29,481 bases of DNA from Bdellovibrionota bacterium. Its GTDB lineage: Bacteria; Bdellovibrionota_C; UBA2361; OMII01. A program made the translations under genes and the position numbers. Under the pieces are notes generated by a model. The model was not told where the DNA came from and ran no database searches. It worked only from the letters and a program-made list of their open reading frames with translations. Shown in pieces: positions 27,815-29,481 of the stretch. The stretch lies in contig JBIJBE010000043.1 of assembly GCA_044345405.1 (NCBI GenBank), forward strand, positions 1 to 29,481, given 5' to 3'. Numbering within the stretch: position 1 is the first letter of the stretch; each line of letters starts with the position of its first letter.

Positions 27815-29481
27815 TTACTGAGCAACGCGAGTCAATCCGACCGTCACGTCCCTGTGTTCACGTGGCGCCGCCACGACGTTGCCCGCGACAGCACGCTTCG
27901 TGCGTCCACCTATGAGGGTATAGAACACCGGAACAGCGAAGAGGGTAAACACGGTTCCCAAGATCATTCCGCTCACGAGCATAATACCGATGCTGTTACG
28001 AGCTCCGGCGCCAGCGCCGGTGGCGATAACGAGCGGGAAGTGTCCTACAACCGTCGCGACGGTTGTCATCAGGATAGGTCGAAGACGGGTCGTGGCGGCT
28101 TGAATAGCCGCCTCAAATCGGGCGACGCCCTCCTCTTGAAGCCTATTCGCGAACTCCACAATCAGGATTCCGTTCTTCGCTACCAATCCCACAAGGGTAA
28201 CGAGACCTACCTGCGAGTAGATGTTGAGGGAGGTAAAGTCCAGGAACACAAAGAGCAGAGCTCCAGCGAGAGCGAGCGGCACCGAACCAGCCAAGATGAT
28301 CAGAGGATCAATGAAGCTCTCAAACTGCGCCGCGAGAACGAGGAAGATAACGATGAGCGCCAAGACAAGGGTGCTCGTCATCGAGTTCCCCTCCTTTCGA
28401 AGTTGCCTCGACTCGCCGGCGTAATCGGTGACGTATCCGACGGGAAGGATCTCTTTAGCTTTATCCTCAAGCACCTTCAATCCGTCATTAATCGTTACAC
28501 CAGGAACGATAGCGCCTCGAATCTTGGCGGAGTTGAGCTGCTGGAATCGGTTGAGCTGTCGCGGCTCCGTGGTGTTTTTCAGCGATGCCACAGTCGCTAG
28601 GGGGATTAGTTTTCCTTGCGGTCCACGAATATGAAGCTCAAGAAGCTGTTCCGGTGTAAGCCGATTTCCACGTTGAACTTGAGGAATGACCTTGTAACTT
28701 CGCCCCTGAATAGAGAACCGATTCACGTAATTCCCGCCCAGATAGAGAGAGAGGTCCTGCCCGATGCTCGCGAGCGACAGGCCCATCGCGTTAGCCTTAT
28801 CTCGATTGATATCGATCTCCGTTTGAGGAATATCAAAATTAAGGTCCGTATCGGCGAACATAAACTTGCCGCTCTGGAACGCCGCGCCGACAAGTTGGTT
28901 CGCGTACGTCACAAGCTCACGTGGTTCAGCGGTCGAGGAGATAACGAACTCTACCGGAAAGTCGCTCCCACCTGGCAACGCTGGTCGCGTGGTAACAATC
29001 ACACGAGCGCCCGGAATCTGCGCGACCTTACCCCACAACTCCGGCTCCATCTGAAAGATCGAACGAGAGCGCTCAGCCCACGGTTTGGTAACCAGCCCCG
29101 AGAACCCTCCGCCAGGACTAGTGAGTTGAAACGCGCCCCGATACTCTGGGAATGATGCGTACGCTTTATAAATCTCCTCAGTCGGAGTCTCTAGTTGCTC
29201 AAGGGTTGAATTTGGCGGCCCCTGTACGATTCCAAAGAGAACTCCTTGATCCTCTTCCGGGGCGAGCTCCTTCATCGCGAGCATGTAGAACGGCGCGATG
29301 AGGAGCGATATCCACAGCGCCGCCGCGACCACCGAGGGACGATATCGCAATACAACGCGCAAGAGCTCCTCGTACTTTGCTCGTAGCCACTCCAAACGAG
29401 CGTCGATTCTCTGTTTAAACGCGCTGTCAGCGTGAGCCTTCTTTACCAGCCGAGAGGACATCATAGGTGAGAGGGTCAACG
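27815..29481 (-). CDS. RND efflux permease (AcrB/MexW-like), C-terminal part, 5'-truncated by the window edge
   Basis: TLSPMMSS, APEEDQG, VLAAQFES, GLVAKNGILIVEFA and RLRPILMTT. Confidence 0.95.
   Translation of the reverse strand, partial: LTLSPMMSSRLVKKAHADSAFKQRIDARLEWLRAKYEELLRVVLRYRPSVVAAALWISLLIAPFYMLAMKELAPEEDQGVLFGIVQGPPNSTLEQLETPTEEIYKAYASFPEYRGAFQLTSPGGGFSGLVTKPWAERSRSIFQMEPELWGKVAQIPGARVIVTTRPALPGGSDFPVEFVISSTAEPRELVTYANQLVGAAFQSGKFMFADTDLNFDIPQTEIDINRDKANAMGLSLASIGQDLSLYLGGNYVNRFSIQGRSYKVIPQVQRGNRLTPEQLLELHIRGPQGKLIPLATVASLKNTTEPRQLNRFQQLNSAKIRGAIVPGVTINDGLKVLEDKAKEILPVGYVTDYAGESRQLRKEGNSMTSTLVLALIVIFLVLAAQFESFIDPLIILAGSVPLALAGALLFVFLDFTSLNIYSQVGLVTLVGLVAKNGILIVEFANRLQEEGVARFEAAIQAATTRLRPILMTTVATVVGHFPLVIATGAGAGARNSIGIMLVSGMILGTVFTLFAVPVFYTLIGGRTKRAVAGNVVAAPREHRDVTVGLTRVAQ

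Noticed and set aside
27792-27819. GCCGATAC on the minus strand upstream of the OprM-like gene as a sixth sigma28 site
   Set aside because: Good -10 element, but the -35 position reads AGTAA at the spacing used by the other five sites. Left as a near miss.
27749-28600. 283-aa plus-strand ORF antisense to the RND permease
   Set aside because: Antisense shadow of a clearly conserved gene, with no recognisable features.

Overview
A window from a diderm (Gram-negative-type) bacterium of moderate-to-high GC; the sequence alone does not identify the taxon. Left third (1-8731): a candidate protein-glycosylation locus. It opens with the 3' part of a protein carrying at least 10 near-identical 28-aa Ser/Asn repeats, each with three invariant N-X-S/T sequons. 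Next come a SAM methyltransferase, an operon of two paralogous Cys-rich GT9 glycosyltransferases flanking a TPR-GT41 (OGT/SPINDLY-like) enzyme, and a FkbM methyltransferase. All three enzyme transcription units are preceded by the same sigma28/FliA-like motif (T[C/T/A]Ann-N15-GYCGA), which also occurs before nadE and before an orphan Trp-repeat gene. Middle: an orphan with three apparent internal domain repeats, a Chlamydia-like class Ic (Mn/Fe) ribonucleotide reductase (nrdA with three ATP cones, R2c-type nrdB) with tandem NrdR boxes, an HtrA-type protease, a proline iminopeptidase and feoA-feoB plus a small Cys-rich ORF absent from the ORF track. Right: a 120-aa orphan embedded in long minus-strand RNA hairpins, rhodanese-nadD-nadE, a Yip1-like protein and the distal part of an RND efflux operon. 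I saw no rRNA, tRNA, CRISPR array or transposase. All calls come from reading motifs by eye; no searches were run.
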